A stretch of DNA of 25,195 nucleotides from a virus (lineage: Duplodnaviria > Caudoviricetes): the IMG/VR virus record IMGVR_UViG_3300032218_000247, positions 1 to 25,195 of that record. One strand, 5' to 3'. Shown here piece by piece: positions 22,640 to 25,195 of this stretch. The position numbers were made by a program, and so were the translations under genes. Below the pieces are notes generated by a model. It saw nothing but the letters and a program-made list of their open reading frames with translations, was not told the DNA's origin and did not search any database. How positions within the stretch are numbered: position 1 is the stretch's first letter; each line of letters starts with the position of its first letter.

Positions 22640-25194
22640 TACTTTACCTCTTTTAGTAGTTCAATCTGCTCTCTAAGTTCTTCAATCTGATTCTGCTGCT
22701 CTTTGATACCTTCGATAAGAAGTGGAACAATCTTATCTAGTTGAACTGTAAGATAGTTTTCACCAGATCTAGAAGTTCCCATCATCTGATCTAAGTATTC
22801 TTGTTCATAGTCTCCCGAAGGATCTGGAAACCATTGGTCAAACGGAGCTGGTTTTACAGCTTGCGGCAACACAGCTTGAATTTCTTGAGCGATAACACCA
22901 AGATCATTATACTTAGTTTCTGGCGTAAATCCAAGCACTTCAGCTTCATCATTCCAATCAAACGTGACACCACGAATTTGTTTGATCTTGTCGAGCGCAT
23001 TAGGAATTTCAGCAATGTTTTCTTTTAGACGTCTATCAGATGCATATGCGATAACATTGTAAGCCGTTGATAGATTGCCACCCATAGTGCAATCGTTATT
23101 TGTCAGGTTCCAATAACATGGCCACCAACCAGAACCAACTGTTGACCAGCTAGTATCGTCTACACCACCACGAAGAACATAGAAAAGATTACTGTTGTTG
23201 TGAAGCGCCGCACTATATTGGTCTGTGTCTTGGAAATGGATAGTTGGAGATCCACCACGAATCCAAAACTCGTTACCCCATAAGCGTAACTGATTCATCG
23301 ACGAATAGCTATTTGGATCACAATAGTAACCAGTATCGTTTGAATCGTAGAAAATTGGCGCTCTAAGTGAACCACCAACTTGCTCTGTATAACCATTTCT
23401 AAAATAAAGAACGCCTGGACCACCAATATCTAAATGTGTATTGCTATCTGATGTAGTGCGGTTAGTGATACCTCTTAATCTAAAGTTCCAAACAGTATCA
23501 TCAGTCTTATAGATTGCGTCGTTCGAAAGACCAAACGATAGGAAAGTATCTAGTGAAAAATCTTGGAAAGTGCGAAGCGCCAATATCGGCGTTGGCCAAT
23601 CTGAAGATTCTGATGGAGACGCTGAAGTGCCATAATATTTGTGAATCTGGTTTGTGCCATCAGAAGCGCCAGAATAAGATTTAATATACAACGAAGTAGG
23701 ATTAGATGTGCCACCACCAATACCTAAAGATATAAGCTTAGACGAACTATTTGGATCAACATAATAACCAGTATCGCTATAATCGTAAAAAATAGTTGCA
23801 CGAGCTTGACTATTAGTAGCAAAACCGCCTTGTAAAAACGCCCAACCGTCACCAAAATTTGAACCACCAAGATCTAAAATAGTTCCAGAACTTCTAAATC
23901 TTAATCCATAATAACCAGCTAGTTGAACCATAACATTAGGACTATTATAACCAACAACATTGCTTTGACCTAGACCATACCATGGTGCCGAATTAACAAG
24001 ATCAGTAGAGGCACTAGCTACTCTAAATCCGCTGACTGATCGTATAGAGTTTATATAAGAATCACTGTCAGGATTCGAATAATAACCAGTGTTATCAGAA
24101 TCATAAAAAATTGGCGATCTTGTTGATCCATATATTGTTGTGTAAATGCCAGTATTGATGTTGATTGCTTCAGAGTTATTGTATGCAATTCTCATTGCAT
24201 TAGATGCACCACTATCCGTTAGGAAATTCCATCTATTTGTTCCAGCAGAACTATAGATGTTTAGACCATCATCCCAACCAGAGCCAGAGCAAGTAAGATT
24301 TGTTTTTCTTATTGATGATGTACTTGCTGGATCAACATAATAACCAGTGTTATCACTATCATAAAAGATCGGTGCTCTAAATGAGCTTGCGTTATAAACG
24401 TAACCACCATTTAGTGTAAAATAAGTACCATCGTAATATAGATATTTGTCACCAGACTGGCTAAAGTAATAAACGCCTGTAGTTGTGCTTGCTGTGCGAT
24501 AAGTTCTAACATCTCCACTAAAAGTAGCACCGGATAATGCTGCGTATGTTGATGATGCTGCAGAAGTAGTAAGATAAGATGACATACCAGCTTGAGTTTG
24601 ATATGTAGAAGAAGCCGTAGCCGTTGTAAGATACGAAGAGAACAATCCACGGATAGCTGTGTTGGTTCCTGTCAAGTTCGTATTGACTAACGTAATACGG
24701 GAAGCTTGTGTTGCGATATAAGAGTTTGTGTTGGCTAATGCTGCACGTTCAACAGCTTTTGTTTGATAGATAGAAGCAGCGTTGGCTACCTGTAGTCTAT
24801 CACTAATGAGTGTGCGAAGTGCTGTATTAGTGCCTGTTAGATTGGTATTGACTAACGTGATACGACTTGTTTGTGTAGCAATAGATGAATTGGTATTAGC
24901 AAGAGCTGCACGTTCAATAGACTTTGTTTGATAGATAGACGCCGCATTAGCAACTTGCAGTCGATCGCTGATAAGTGTGCGAAGGGCAGTGTTAGTTCCC
25001 GTCAAGTTTGTATTGACGAGTGTAATACGGTTTGCTTGTGACGCAATATAAGAGTTTGTATTCGCTAATGCTGCGCGTTCGACAGATTTTGTTTGATATG
25101 TGGCGACAGCGTTAGCAACTTGCAGATACTGTGCGGTTGAACCACCGCCACCAGCAAGAAGATTAGAACCTACACCAGCAGTTGCTGCAGTAAG
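22639..25194 (-). CDS. Long tail fibre with C-terminal peptidase S74 intramolecular chaperone (5' end outside the window)
   Basis: The frame is open to the window edge (LTAATAGVGSNLLAGGGGSTAQYLQVANA...). It is S/T/G/N/Y-rich and ends with AYA-SDRRLKENI...GVIAQEIQAVLP...LLIEGIKEQQNQIEEL. Confidence 0.92.
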   Translation of the reverse strand, partial: LTAATAGVGSNLLAGGGGSTAQYLQVANAVATYQTKSVERAALANTNSYIASQANRITLVNTNLTGTNTALRTLISDRLQVANAASIYQTKSIERAALANTNSSIATQTSRITLVNTNLTGTNTALRTLISDRLQVANAASIYQTKAVERAALANTNSYIATQASRITLVNTNLTGTNTAIRGLFSSYLTTATASSTYQTQAGMSSYLTTSAASSTYAALSGATFSGDVRTYRTASTTTGVYYFSQSGDKYLYYDGTYFTLNGGYVYNASSFRAPIFYDSDNTGYYVDPASTSSIRKTNLTCSGSGWDDGLNIYSSAGTNRWNFLTDSGASNAMRIAYNNSEAININTGIYTTIYGSTRSPIFYDSDNTGYYSNPDSDSYINSIRSVSGFRVASASTDLVNSAPWYGLGQSNVVGYNSPNVMVQLAGYYGLRFRSSGTILDLGGSNFGDGWAFLQGGFATNSQARATIFYDYSDTGYYVDPNSSSKLISLGIGGGTSNPTSLYIKSYSGASDGTNQIHKYYGTSASPSESSDWPTPILALRTFQDFSLDTFLSFGLSNDAIYKTDDTVWNFRLRGITNRTTSDSNTHLDIGGPGVLYFRNGYTEQVGGSLRAPIFYDSNDTGYYCDPNSYSSMNQLRLWGNEFWIRGGSPTIHFQDTDQYSAALHNNSNLFYVLRGGVDDTSWSTVGSGWWPCYWNLTNNDCTMGGNLSTAYNVIAYASDRRLKENIAEIPNALDKIKQIRGVTFDWNDEAEVLGFTPETKYNDLGVIAQEIQAVLPQAVKPAPFDQWFPDPSGDYEQEYLDQMMGTSRSGENYLTVQLDKIVPLLIEGIKEQQNQIEELREQIELLKEVK
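24646..25125 (-). repeat. About three tandem 165-bp (55-aa) repeats in the fibre
   Basis: LQVANAASIYQTKSIERAALANTNSSIATQTSRITLVNTNLTGTNTALRTLISDR units begin at 25125, 24960 and 24795. Confidence 0.92.
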
Positions 25195-25195
25195 A

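Noticed and set aside
22639-25195. Fibre repeats as a CRISPR array or diversity-generating retroelement
   Set aside because: The repeats are in-frame coding units differing at synonymous sites, with no spacers, no adenine-specific pattern seen and no reverse transcriptase.
1-25195. tRNA/rRNA genes or stop-codon recoding
   Set aside because: Intergenic gaps are short and explained by promoters and terminators, no cloverleaf was noticed, and core genes are full length in the standard code.

Overview
This window is a 25 kb segment of a large T4-like myovirus genome. Its synteny (gp23-gp3-uvsY-uvsW-gp55-gp47-gp46...cobS) resembles cyanophage, pelagiphage and phiM12-type phages rather than coliphage T4. 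All credible genes are on the minus strand. Reading right to left: (1) a tail-fibre module containing a repeat-rich fibre with an S74 autocleaving chaperone, two small fibre-associated genes, a Hint-domain protein and a PP-loop ATP pyrophosphatase; (2) head genes (gp67-like, core protein, gp21, gp22, gp23) with TATAAATA late promoters but no adjacent portal gene; (3) a probable internal head protein with a T4-type capsid-targeting sequence; (4) gp3, uvsY, uvsW, gp55, gp47, gp46, peptide deformylase and a DruA/DUF4338-like gene; (5) an early region of small genes behind near-consensus sigma70 promoters, a VWA-metallopeptidase/CobS-like AAA+ pair, ribosomal protein bS21 and a glycosyltransferase. 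The best candidate for an undescribed system is the AT-rich cassette at 20131-22101: a short tail-tip-like domain fused to a Hedgehog-style (N-cleavage-only) Hint domain, abutting an adenylating PP-loop enzyme, which suggests covalent tailoring of a tail-fibre tip protein. Also notable are antisense or divergent promoters (one perfect), leaderless mRNAs, promoters hidden inside genes and a possibly virion-packaged GNAT-like protein. All family assignments are from motif recognition by eye; no searches were run.
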